Positions 10,635 to 20,177 of a stretch of DNA of 64,000 nucleotides are shown here, piece by piece (positions within the stretch are counted from its first letter, which is position 1; each line of letters starts with the position of its first letter). This DNA comes from Candidatus Krumholzibacteriia bacterium. GTDB taxonomy: Bacteria; Krumholzibacteriota; Krumholzibacteriia; JAJRXK01. The stretch lies in contig JBGPIA010000001.1 in NCBI GenBank assembly GCA_041484665.1, positions 672,001-736,000 on the forward strand. Direction: 5' to 3'. Made by a program: the position numbers and the translations under genes. The notes beneath the pieces were generated by a model that did not search any database, was not told where the DNA came from, and saw only the letters and a list, made by a program, of their open reading frames with translations.

Positions 10635-10918
10635 CGCGATGTCGACGCCGCTGACGGCTCCGTCGTAGTGAGCAGCACGGTGATCACGTTTCGAGACTCG
10701 ACCCACGAGGCGGGACAAACTCCGCCTCGCGGGGCGTGCTCGGGGTGGGCGCAGCGCGTGGACGCGGCTAGCACCAGCCCTCGGGTTCGCGTAGGGTGTC
10801 GTCGCCGCGCTGAGATCGAGACCTGGAGCACAGGCATCCCAGTTCGTGCCCCACTTTGCGCCGGGGCGTTGTGGCCACCCACAGAGCGAATGCGCACGCC
10901 ATTTCGGCCGGAGGGTCA

Positions 10919-12337
10919 GTGAACGTTTTGCCGAGGAGCCTGGTCGCAGCGTGTGTGCTGTTGGCGGTCGCCGCGCTCATGACGCCGGTCTTGGCCGCCA
11001 GTGCCGCGATGCTCGCTGCGCGTCCACCGGCATTCCCGGAGGCGATGTCCTCGGGATGGACGGATTCCCTCGCGCCGACCGTTCCGAACCCGTTGACGTT
11101 GGATGCCGCGCTGCAATTCGCCCGCACGCAGCACCCTGATCTCGCCGTGCTCGCGGCAGCAGCCTCCGCGGTTCGCGCCGATTCGATCGCCGCCGGGATC
11201 AAGCCGTTCAACCCCGAGCTGGAACTGGGATTCGCGCGCGGGGGGGACTCCTTCACCAGCGGAACCGACGGCACTCTCGACTTCGCGTTACGCCAGGAAA
11301 TCGAGCTATGGGGTAAGCGGGCCCAGCGGCGTGCCGCGGCGGCCGCTCGGTTGCACACGACGCTGGCGGCGCTGGAGGCACGCCGTCAGCAGATCGAGTC
11401 GCATGCGCGGGCCAGCTTTCGGCGGGGACTCTTCCTGCAGGGACGCCTGGCCACCCTACGCGATCTCGCCGCTCTGGACCGCGAGGTCGTCACCTCGACG
11501 CGCGCGCGCGTGCGCGATGAGTCCGTGACACCCCTCACCGGTCGGCTGACCGAGCTCGACTGGCTGCGTGTCGAAGGCGAGCTCGTAAAGGCGGAAAGCA
11601 CTTACCGCCAGGCGCTGGTCGAGCTGGCGCTGGCGCTGGGCGGACATCTACCCGATGCGCTGGTGCTGCAGGGGGACTCCGCGATCGATACGCTGCGGGT
11701 GTCCGAGGATGCGTTGGTCAATGCCGCGCTCGCCCGCCGTCGCGAGACGGCAGCTCTGCGGCTGCGAGTCGCCGAGCGCCAGAGCGAGCTGCGCGTCACC
11801 CAGTTGGAATGGAAGCCCAACCTCACTGTGGGGGCCGGCCTCGCGTGGGAGCGCCAGTCCTTCGGCCGGTCGGACTTCAGCAGCGATCCAGCGATCGTAG
11901 GCGGTATTGCCCAGCTGAGCGCCCACGACCACCTGTGGCAAGCCCGAGTGATCATGCCGCTTCCGCTGTGGCAGAAGAACCAGGGCGCCCAGGCCCGCGC
12001 TGCCGCAGAGGTGCTGCAGGCGCGACGCGAGCTCGATCGCTTCGTCTTCCAAACTGGGATGGACGCGCGAGCAGCAGTGCGTCGATTCAACGATGCGGCG
12101 CATCTCTGCCGGCTGTACGAGACGTGGTCGGCCCCGCTGTGGCGCGACCTTGCCCTGGTGCGCGGTGCGTACGTCGACGGCCGCATCCCGCTCGAGTCCT
12201 ATCTCACGCAGCGGGGGCGACTGGTCGACACGCTCCTGGCACAGCTCGAGGCGCAAGAGGGCTACTGGGACGCTCGCGGCGAGCTGGAGGCGGTCGTGGG
12301 CGCGGATGTCACCCAATTGGCGGCGGGAGAGCGGTGA
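10919..12337 (+). CDS. TolC-family outer membrane factor (CzcC-like)
   Basis: GTG start after GGAGG. 'NPELEL', 'QEIELWGKR' and 'PLPLWQKNQG'. Confidence 0.88.
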   Translation: MNVLPRSLVAACVLLAVAALMTPVLAASAAMLAARPPAFPEAMSSGWTDSLAPTVPNPLTLDAALQFARTQHPDLAVLAAAASAVRADSIAAGIKPFNPELELGFARGGDSFTSGTDGTLDFALRQEIELWGKRAQRRAAAAARLHTTLAALEARRQQIESHARASFRRGLFLQGRLATLRDLAALDREVVTSTRARVRDESVTPLTGRLTELDWLRVEGELVKAESTYRQALVELALALGGHLPDALVLQGDSAIDTLRVSEDALVNAALARRRETAALRLRVAERQSELRVTQLEWKPNLTVGAGLAWERQSFGRSDFSSDPAIVGGIAQLSAHDHLWQARVIMPLPLWQKNQGAQARAAAEVLQARRELDRFVFQTGMDARAAVRRFNDAAHLCRLYETWSAPLWRDLALVRGAYVDGRIPLESYLTQRGRLVDTLLAQLEAQEGYWDARGELEAVVGADVTQLAAGER

Positions 12338-13860
12338 TGAGCCATCGATTCGAGGGCCTGTGGGTCGCGCTTGGAGTGTTGCTGGCGGCCGGTGTGTGCT
12401 TTGCGCACGAAGGCGAGGGGCACGCGATACCAGCGCCCTCAGCACCGAGCGTCGCTACTCTGCACACCATGACCGCTGCCTCGGAGCAGTTCGAGCTGGT
12501 CGTCAAGCATCTCCCGCTGGCGCCCCGCAAACCCGCCACGCTCGACGTCTATCTGAGCGACTTCGACTCCAACGCTCCCGTGACTGGCGCCACGCTTCAG
12601 CTGAGTCTGCGCGCGCGCCGCGGCGGAAGCGAGCTGTGGAGCGGTGTCGCGGTGCCCAGCGACGCCGCAGGCATCTACCATGCCTCACTCGCTCCTGCAG
12701 ACACGGGGACGTTCAACCTGCTCGTCTCAGTGGCGGCAGGCGAGCGGCAGGACCAGTTCGCGCTCGCTGGCGTCGAGGTGAGGCTGGCGGGTGCGGCGCA
12801 ACCCGCGGGCTCGGCCGCCCCTGTGCGAAGGCCCTGGCAGATCGGCCTGTGGGCGCTGGCAGCGTTGGGTGCTCTCGCGCTGCTCCGGCTCCTACGCCGG
12901 CTCTTGCGCCGGCGCCGTCCGGCCGCGCCAACCGCGAGCGCTCTGCTGATTGCCGCGCTTATCGTAGCAGGCGGCACGCTGGGCTCTGCGCACGAGGGAC
13001 ACGACGAGGGTCCCGCGACGTCCGGCCAAAACCTTGCGCCGGGCGATGCGGTCTACCTGGCGAAGGAGTCGCAGTTCCTGCTGGGCATGCGGACCGTGCC
13101 CGCGGAGCTGCAGAGCGTGCAGAAGCACCTCCACGTGCTCGGGCGTGTCGAGCCGCGCAACGGCGGTCAGCTGGAGATCCTCGCCCCCCAGTCGGGGAGG
13201 CTCTACTTCCCTGCCGGCCGGACTCCCGTGCTCGGCGTGAGGGTGGCGCGCGATCAGATCGTGGCGGCGCTGGTCGTCGTGGACTCGCTGCGCCTGCGCT
13301 CCGCGCTGGACGGCGTCGTCATCGACGTGACCGCCGTCAACGGGCAACTCGTCGCCGCGGGGCAGCGCATCATGACGATCCTCGACCCCGCAGTCGTGTG
13401 GGTGCATGCGGACGTCTACGAGCGGGATCTCGCCAGCGTCGAACATTCCAGCGGCGCTCGCATCGCCTCGCCCGCCTACCCGGACCAGGTGCTCACGGGC
13501 CGCCGCGTTGCCTTGGGAGCCACACTGGGCGAGGTGCAAGGCACGGTTGAGGCTTACTTCGAAGTCGGCAATCCCGGCGGCCGGTTGCGCGTCGGAATGC
13601 TCGTAGACGTGGAGATCGAGCAGGGGGGCGTGGAGGCCGCGCTGATCGTCCCTCGATCCGCCCTGGTGGAGAAGGACGGGCGCAGCCTCGTCTTCGTCCA
13701 CACCGCCCCCGAGCGATTCGCTGCGCGCGAGGTATCGGAGGTGGCCAACCTCGGCGAGCGGATCGCGGTGAGGGGAAACCTGAGGGAGCGCGACCGCGTC
13801 GTGATCGCCGGCAGCTACCAGCTCCTCACCGCGCCGGTCGTTGCGGCGGCGCACCCCTGA
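12337..13860 (+). CDS. CzcB-like RND adaptor with extra N-terminal His-rich domain
   Basis: TGATG overlap. 'HEGEGH' and 'HEGHD' motifs, 'KESQFLLG', 'VWVHADVYE', 'LRVGM' and 'VFVHTAPERF'. Confidence 0.85.
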   Translation: MSHRFEGLWVALGVLLAAGVCFAHEGEGHAIPAPSAPSVATLHTMTAASEQFELVVKHLPLAPRKPATLDVYLSDFDSNAPVTGATLQLSLRARRGGSELWSGVAVPSDAAGIYHASLAPADTGTFNLLVSVAAGERQDQFALAGVEVRLAGAAQPAGSAAPVRRPWQIGLWALAALGALALLRLLRRLLRRRRPAAPTASALLIAALIVAGGTLGSAHEGHDEGPATSGQNLAPGDAVYLAKESQFLLGMRTVPAELQSVQKHLHVLGRVEPRNGGQLEILAPQSGRLYFPAGRTPVLGVRVARDQIVAALVVVDSLRLRSALDGVVIDVTAVNGQLVAAGQRIMTILDPAVVWVHADVYERDLASVEHSSGARIASPAYPDQVLTGRRVALGATLGEVQGTVEAYFEVGNPGGRLRVGMLVDVEIEQGGVEAALIVPRSALVEKDGRSLVFVHTAPERFAAREVSEVANLGERIAVRGNLRERDRVVIAGSYQLLTAPVVAAAHP

Positions 13861-13869
13861 GGCGCTCCC

Positions 13870-16800
13870 GTGTTCGATCGCATCATCCGCTTCTCGCTCC
13901 ACAATCGACTCTTCGTGGTCGCCGCCGCGCTGTTGCTACTGATCTATGGCGTGCGCGTGATCCTGATGCTTCCCGTAGACGTGTTCCCCGATCTCAACCG
14001 CCCGACGGTCAACATCCTCGTGGAAGCGCCCGGGCTCGCGCCCGAGGAGGTCGAGACGCTGGTCACCCTGCCCATCGAGACAACGCTCAACGGCGCTCCG
14101 GGCGTGCAGCGCGTGCGGTCCAGCTCCGGCATCGGCCTCTCGATCCTGTTCGTGGAGTTCGCCTGGGGCACCGACATCTATCGCGACCGTCAGCTTGTCA
14201 GCGAGCGGCTGCAGCTGGCGGCGGGGCGGCTGCCGGCGGGCGTCGTGCCGTCGATGGGCCCGGTGTCGTCCATCATGGGCGAGATCATGTTGCTGGCCAT
14301 GGAGAGTGCGGACGGCACGACACCCCCCATGGAGATGCGCACGCTCGCGGACTGGGTCGTGCGCCAACGCCTGCTCACGATCCCGGGCGTCTCGCAGGTC
14401 ATCCCCATCGGCGGCGGGGTCAAGCAGTATCAGGTCCTGACCGAGCCGCAGAAGCTGGCCGCCATGGGCCTGTCGCTCAAAGAGGTGGAGGACGCGGTCG
14501 CCGCGAGCAACCGCAACACCACCGGCGGATATCTGGAGGCCCAGTCGCAGGAGTACCTGGTGCGCAACGTAGGACGCGTGCGCGACTCCGAAGACCTACT
14601 GAACAGTGTCGTCGCCACCCGCAACGGGATCCCGATTCCCCTGCGCGAGGTCGCGAACGTGCAAACCGGCATCATGGTGAAGCGCGGCGACGGCAGCGTG
14701 GACGGCAAGCCGGCGGTGATCCTCTCGATCCAGAAGCAGCCCGGGGCCAGCACGATCGCGCTGACCCGCGAGATCGAGCAGGCGCTGCAAGAGCTGCGGC
14801 CCTCGCTGCCCGCGGACGTGAAACTGCGTCCCATCTTCAAACAGGCTAATTTCATCGAAGCCGCCATCGGCAATGTGGAGCAGGCACTGCGCGACGGCGC
14901 AATCCTGGTCGTGATCGTGCTCGTGCTTTTCCTGCTGAACTTCCGCACCACTGCCATCACGCTCACGGCCATTCCGCTGTCCTTCGTCAGCACGGCCGTG
15001 ATCATGCGGTTGTTCGGTATCTCGATCAATACGATGACGTTGGGCGGGCTGGCCGTGGCGATCGGCGAGCTGGTGGACGACGCCATTGTCGACGTGGAGA
15101 ACGTCTTCCGTCGGCTCAAACAGAATCGGCACTCGCCGCACCCGCGCCCCGCCTTGCAAGTGGTCTACCTCGCGTCGAAGGAGGTGCGTAACTCGATCGT
15201 CTACGCCACCACGCTGGTCGTGCTGGTCTTCCTGCCGCTGTTTGCCCTCGGCGGAATCGAGGGCAGGCTCTTCGCGCCGCTGGGCGTCGCGTACGTGGTC
15301 TCGATCCTCTCGTCCTTCGTCGTCTCCTTGACGGTCACCCCTGCGCTCTGCATGTACCTGCTGCCCCGGGCGAAGGTGATGGCGCGTGAAGCGGACTCCT
15401 TCGTCGTCCGGCACCTCAAGCGTTGGGACCAGCGTCTGCTGCACTGGACCCTGCCGCACCCCCAGTGGGTGATCGGCGCCGCGGCGCTGCTCGTGGCGGG
15501 TGCGATCACGCTGGTGCCGCTGATGGGCCGGGAGTTCTTGCCGCCCTTCAATGAGGGAACCGCCACCATCAACGTAATCGCCACGCCCGGCACGTCGCTG
15601 AGCGAGTCGAACCGACTGGGCACCATCGCCGAGCGGCTGCTGCTGAGCGTACCGGAGGTGATCTCGACCGGGCGCCGGACGGGGCGCGCCGAGCTGGATG
15701 AGCACGCAGAGGGGGTGCACTACACCGAGATCGACGTGGACTTCCGGAAGTCGGACCGCAGGCACGAGGACGTCCTGGCGGACGTCCGGGCCCGCCTGTC
15801 GCAGATCCCGGGCGTGGTGCTCAACATCGGGCAGCCCATCTCCCATCGCCTCGACCACCTGCTCTCGGGGGTCCGGGCGCAGATCGCGGTCAAGCTGTTC
15901 GGGCAGGACCTCAACGTGCTGCGGGCGAAGGCGTCCGAGATCCAGGACGTGATGCGCCAGGTTCCGGGCATCGTCGATCTGCAGATCGAGAAGCAGGTGC
16001 TGGTGCCCCAGGTGCGCATCCAGGCCGACCGGGTCGCGTGCGCCCGCTACGGCCTCACCGTGGGGAGCCTCACCGAAACGCTTGAAACTGCCTTGAACGG
16101 CCACGTGGTGTCGCAGGTGCTCGAGGGTCAGCGCGCGTTCGACCTGCTGGTGCGCTACGACGAGGCGTCGCGCTCGAACCTGGACGCGATCCGCGCCGCC
16201 TTGATCGACACCCCGTCCGGCGCGAAGATCCCACTGTCAGCTGTGGCCCAGGTGGAGAGTGCCCGCGGACCCAACGTCATCCAGCACGAGAACGTGCAGC
16301 GCCGCATCGTCGTCTCGGCCAACGTGAGCGGGCGTGATCTTGGGCGCGTGGTCCAGGAGATCCAGACTGGCGTCCGCGATCGGGTGAAGCTGCCGACCGG
16401 TTACTTCATCACCTACGGAGGCCAGTTCGAGAGCCAGCAGTCGGCCACCAGGCTCATCGCGATCCTGAGCCTCTTCTCTCTGGCGTCCATGTTCCTCGTG
16501 TTGTACTCCCACTTCCGGTCGGTGCCGATCACGCTGCAGGTGCTGCTGAACATCCCCCTGGCGTTGATCGGCAGCGTCGTCGCCGTGTTCCTCACCGGCG
16601 GGACCTTCTCCGTCGCTTCGCTGGTCGGGTTCATCACCCTCACGGGGATCGCCTCGCGGAACACCATCATGATGGTCTCGCACTACTTGCACTTGATGCA
16701 GGAGGAGGGTGAGGCGTTCGACATGCACATGGTGATCCGCGGCTCGCTTGAACGGCTCGTGCCGGTCCTGATGACGGCGCTCACGGCTGGGTTGGCGCTG

Positions 16801-17049
16801 ATCCCGCTCGTGCTCGCCAAGGGGGAGCCGGGCAAGGAGATCCTCTACCCCGTGGCGACAGTGATTCTTGGCGGCCTGATCAGTTCTACGCTGCTCGATA
16901 TCATCGTCACACCCGCCGTTTTCTATCGTCTGGGCCGCCGCTCGGCGGAACGCTACGTCCAGCGCGCGACCCAGGTGGAGTTCGACGCACCCAGTGGCGA
17001 AGGTTTTCCACCCCCTGCCGGTTCCCTCTCGAAAGGAGATCCGCAATGA
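13870..17049 (+). CDS. czcA: CzcA-family heavy-metal RND efflux permease
   Basis: 'PVDVFPDLNRPTV', 'GELVDDAIVDVEN', 'AELDEHAEGVH' and 'ERLVPVLMTA'. Confidence 0.92.
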   Translation: MFDRIIRFSLHNRLFVVAAALLLLIYGVRVILMLPVDVFPDLNRPTVNILVEAPGLAPEEVETLVTLPIETTLNGAPGVQRVRSSSGIGLSILFVEFAWGTDIYRDRQLVSERLQLAAGRLPAGVVPSMGPVSSIMGEIMLLAMESADGTTPPMEMRTLADWVVRQRLLTIPGVSQVIPIGGGVKQYQVLTEPQKLAAMGLSLKEVEDAVAASNRNTTGGYLEAQSQEYLVRNVGRVRDSEDLLNSVVATRNGIPIPLREVANVQTGIMVKRGDGSVDGKPAVILSIQKQPGASTIALTREIEQALQELRPSLPADVKLRPIFKQANFIEAAIGNVEQALRDGAILVVIVLVLFLLNFRTTAITLTAIPLSFVSTAVIMRLFGISINTMTLGGLAVAIGELVDDAIVDVENVFRRLKQNRHSPHPRPALQVVYLASKEVRNSIVYATTLVVLVFLPLFALGGIEGRLFAPLGVAYVVSILSSFVVSLTVTPALCMYLLPRAKVMAREADSFVVRHLKRWDQRLLHWTLPHPQWVIGAAALLVAGAITLVPLMGREFLPPFNEGTATINVIATPGTSLSESNRLGTIAERLLLSVPEVISTGRRTGRAELDEHAEGVHYTEIDVDFRKSDRRHEDVLADVRARLSQIPGVVLNIGQPISHRLDHLLSGVRAQIAVKLFGQDLNVLRAKASEIQDVMRQVPGIVDLQIEKQVLVPQVRIQADRVACARYGLTVGSLTETLETALNGHVVSQVLEGQRAFDLLVRYDEASRSNLDAIRAALIDTPSGAKIPLSAVAQVESARGPNVIQHENVQRRIVVSANVSGRDLGRVVQEIQTGVRDRVKLPTGYFITYGGQFESQQSATRLIAILSLFSLASMFLVLYSHFRSVPITLQVLLNIPLALIGSVVAVFLTGGTFSVASLVGFITLTGIASRNTIMMVSHYLHLMQEEGEAFDMHMVIRGSLERLVPVLMTALTAGLALIPLVLAKGEPGKEILYPVATVILGGLISSTLLDIIVTPAVFYRLGRRSAERYVQRATQVEFDAPSGEGFPPPAGSLSKGDPQ

Positions 17050-17627
17050 AATTGAAGCTGAATCCGCTGATCATCGTGCTAGCGTTCGTTGACCTCATGC
17101 TGGTTGGCGCCTGCGGCAAATCCGAACCAGCCCAGAAAGCTCCGGGTACCGGACAGCGGCCGCCAGCCGCGGCCGCGTCGACCCCACAGCAGCAGGCCGC
17201 CACGGTCGACCACAATGGCACGGCCGACGAACTCGGCGGCAAGCACGCGGAGGCGTCGGAAAGCGCAGAGGCCGCTGAGCATGGCGGCGGTGAAGCAGTG
17301 GTGCCCGCGGGCACAGCCGCGGGGATCTGGACACAGATCGCCCAAGAGCAGACCAAGCTGCAAACGGTGATGGAATCCGGGCAACTCTCCGACGTTCATC
17401 ATCTGGCCTTCGGAATCCGCGACTTGGTTGTCGCGCTCGCCGGCAAAGCGGGCACACTCCCGCCCACGAAGGCAGCCAGTCTGCAGTCGCTGGTGGAACG
17501 GGTGAAGACTCGCGCTGCAAACCTCGACGAGTTCGGTGATAGCGGCAACCTGGGAGGGGTCAAGCGCGAGTACGCGGCGTTGCAGCAGGATCTCGCGTCG
17601 CTGAAGCAGCTGGTCGGAGGCGTCTGA
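17046..17627 (+). CDS. Lipoprotein of unknown function, possibly metal-binding
   Basis: ATGA overlap with czcA and an AAGGAG RBS. Lipobox 'LVGAC', His/Glu-rich linker, helical domain with 'VHHLAF'. Confidence 0.75.
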   Translation: MKLKLNPLIIVLAFVDLMLVGACGKSEPAQKAPGTGQRPPAAAASTPQQQAATVDHNGTADELGGKHAEASESAEAAEHGGGEAVVPAGTAAGIWTQIAQEQTKLQTVMESGQLSDVHHLAFGIRDLVVALAGKAGTLPPTKAASLQSLVERVKTRAANLDEFGDSGNLGGVKREYAALQQDLASLKQLVGGV

Positions 17628-17816
17628 GCCCGGGAGGTGAAGCGCTGCGGGCGGGAGCGGGCGCCGGGCTCTCCCCGCCCGGCCATTTCGCTGATCCGGC
17701 CCGGCTTCCCAAGGAACCGGATCTCGTGCAGGAGCGAGATCTCGCGTTGCCCCTTGAGCCATTCCGCCCCTGTGTGCGCGGCCCCAACGCGAGCGCTTCC
17801 GCGCTCCGCTCCAGCG

Positions 17817-19838
17817 CTACCTCACCAGGGCCAGCTCGCGGCTGCGCACGATGGACCCCGCCTCGACGCGACAGAGGTAGGTTCCCGAGGCCACGTCTCG
17901 CCCCCGGTCGTCCCGCCCGTCCCAGCGAATGCCGTGCTCACCTGGCGGCTGCGCGAGGCCGGCCAGGAGCGTGCGCACGAGGCGCCCCGCCGGGTTGTAC
18001 ACCCGGACGCTGACGACTGCCGCCTCGGGCAGCTCGTAGCGGATCAGCGTGGCCGGATTGAACGGATTGGGCACGTTGGGGTGCACGACCAGTCCGCGCG
18101 CTGGAAGCCCCCGCAACGGCGCGCCCGTGGCCCCGCCGGCCGTGACTTGGACGATCACCGCCTCCGAGGGGATGTCGTCCACCATCGCGAAGACCATGTA
18201 GTAGCCCAGGGGCAGCACATTCTCGTCGGAGGGCAGGCTGGCCGTGATGACCGACCCGACCTGCGCCGGCTCCAACACCAGCAGCCGCGGAATTCCGCTG
18301 AACACCCAGTGCGTCGTGACGCCGGTTCCCATCAGGACGACGCTGGTGATCCGCGTGTCCGGCTCGATGGTCAGCTTAATCATCCCGCCGCGCTGCAGAT
18401 CGGTCGCCGCAATGGCTGCAATGCGCGGCCGGACGCCGCGCAGCAGGTACGGCGGCACGTAGGCCTCGATGTCCGACGTCGTCGGCCCGTACTGGAACTT
18501 GATCCGCGTGCCCCCGGTGGTGGCCACACGCCCGTCGCGCAACAGCAGCGTGACGGCGTGATACTCGCGGAACCAGTTCATGTCTGCCACCCGACGCCAG
18601 CGATCGGCGACGGAGTCATAGAGATCGGTCCACTTCACGATCCCCAACGCCGACGAAACCCCGGGCGGCAGCGGGCTCGTTTCGGTCTCGCCGCCCGCCA
18701 CGAGCACGCGCCCGTCGGGCAGCGGCACGACCTCGGTCTGCAAGCGCACCAGTCCGGGGTTCGAGGTGAGGCTCCAGGCCCCCGTCGCCGGATCATAGAC
18801 CTCGCCCATGCTGGCGTTGCCGTCGGGCCCGCGGATGACACCGAGCGCCAGCGCCCGGCCGTCCGCCAGCACCACCAGCGAGTGGTCGCAGTGCCCGGGC
18901 CACGAGCGGTTGGGCTGGTTGAAGTCACCCGTAGGCCGCCACTGACCGGTCGCCGGGTTGTAGAGCTGCGGCGGGGACCATGTGGCCAATACCTCCCCTG
19001 TGTAAAGCAGTGCGCTGGGCGGGAACTCCACGGCGTGCAGCATCGATCCGGTCAGGCTCCAGGTCTGCGTCTGCAGGTCGAAGCGCTCACACGTGGCGGT
19101 GCGCACCGCATCGGGAGCCGTGCCGCCCCCCATGATCAGGAACGAGCCGTCCGCAAGGCGCGCAAGCCCCGGATACCAGCGTCCGGTAGGGGCCTGTAAT
19201 TGCGGCAGCAGCTGCCACGCGTTGGCCTGCGGTGAGTATCGCTTCACCCAGCGGACGGCGTTGCGGAACGAGCCGGGGTCCGCGCCGTCCTGCCCCCCCG
19301 CCATCAGGATGCTCCCGTCCTGCAGCAGGCTGCCATTCATGCACCCCTGCGCCGACGGCGAGCCGGCGGGAAACGACTTGGCGCCGGTGGCGGGATCGAA
19401 GCGGATCGGATCGGTGGTGTCGTGGCAGAAGAACAGCGTGCCATCCGGAAGCAGAATGCCGATGTCGGTCGCGTCGAAGAACTCGGGCGCCGTGGAGCCG
19501 ATGATGTCCCAGCGGCCGGGCTCGGTCTCCGGCTGAAGCGAGAAATCTTGCTGCAGCGGGCCCGCGCCGACCAACGCTCCGGCCTCTAGGTACTGATGCC
19601 TCAGCGCCGCGCAGCCTACTCGGTACGTCCCGGCCAGCGGTACGTCCACGGAGTACGAACCGTCCAGCCCCGAGCGCGTCTCGGTGAACAACGAGAGATC
19701 GGGCAGGAAGACGGTCATGCGCGCGCCGGCGACCGGGAGCTGCGGAGGTGCAGCCTCCCGCACCACCCCACTGACCGTGGCAGCCTCTGCGGGAGCGACT
19801 ACGAGCACGCAGACGAGCAGGCAAGCAAGCCGGTTCAT
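17817..19838 (-). CDS. Secreted Kelch / galactose-oxidase-like copper radical oxidase (AA5-like) with FlgD-Ig-like tail
   Basis: Signal peptide and Kelch 'LxDG' repeats. Motifs GCMN, RWYP, REYH, TTH and 'PLGYYMVF'. Tail 'NVPNPFNP..WDGRD..SGTY'. Confidence 0.85.
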   Translation of the reverse strand: MNRLACLLVCVLVVAPAEAATVSGVVREAAPPQLPVAGARMTVFLPDLSLFTETRSGLDGSYSVDVPLAGTYRVGCAALRHQYLEAGALVGAGPLQQDFSLQPETEPGRWDIIGSTAPEFFDATDIGILLPDGTLFFCHDTTDPIRFDPATGAKSFPAGSPSAQGCMNGSLLQDGSILMAGGQDGADPGSFRNAVRWVKRYSPQANAWQLLPQLQAPTGRWYPGLARLADGSFLIMGGGTAPDAVRTATCERFDLQTQTWSLTGSMLHAVEFPPSALLYTGEVLATWSPPQLYNPATGQWRPTGDFNQPNRSWPGHCDHSLVVLADGRALALGVIRGPDGNASMGEVYDPATGAWSLTSNPGLVRLQTEVVPLPDGRVLVAGGETETSPLPPGVSSALGIVKWTDLYDSVADRWRRVADMNWFREYHAVTLLLRDGRVATTGGTRIKFQYGPTTSDIEAYVPPYLLRGVRPRIAAIAATDLQRGGMIKLTIEPDTRITSVVLMGTGVTTHWVFSGIPRLLVLEPAQVGSVITASLPSDENVLPLGYYMVFAMVDDIPSEAVIVQVTAGGATGAPLRGLPARGLVVHPNVPNPFNPATLIRYELPEAAVVSVRVYNPAGRLVRTLLAGLAQPPGEHGIRWDGRDDRGRDVASGTYLCRVEAGSIVRSRELALVR

Positions 19839-19911
19839 GTGCCAAGCCTTGGGGGACCTGGAGTCTAGCACAATACGGCCTATTTTGGGGGGTGTGCTGG
19901 ACGGCCTGCCC

Positions 19912-20025
19912 ATGTCCACCCTCGCCTGCCACACCGCGGGATCGCTGACGATCGTCGCCGGCGAACCGCTGCACCGCCTACGCGACCGGCTGGGACACTC
20001 CAGCGTGCTCGTGACGTCGCGCTAA
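19912..20025 (+). pseudogene. Tyrosine recombinase/integrase C-terminal remnant
   Basis: Translates to 'TLACHTAGS...GEPL..LRDRLGHSSVLVTSR*', matching integrase box II. TAA stands at the catalytic Tyr position. Confidence 0.7.
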
Positions 20026-20177
20026 CCCGGAGAAAGTACCGCCCGAGGTCGCAATGCGAATTCCGCCAGAAGTGATCCCGCGGCAACCGGTCTTGTGCGC
20101 CCGGCAGACCCGGCCTATCTTGCCGCTCGACCAACTATCGGCGCACGTCACCTGGAACCCCGCGAGGAGGTAGACCG

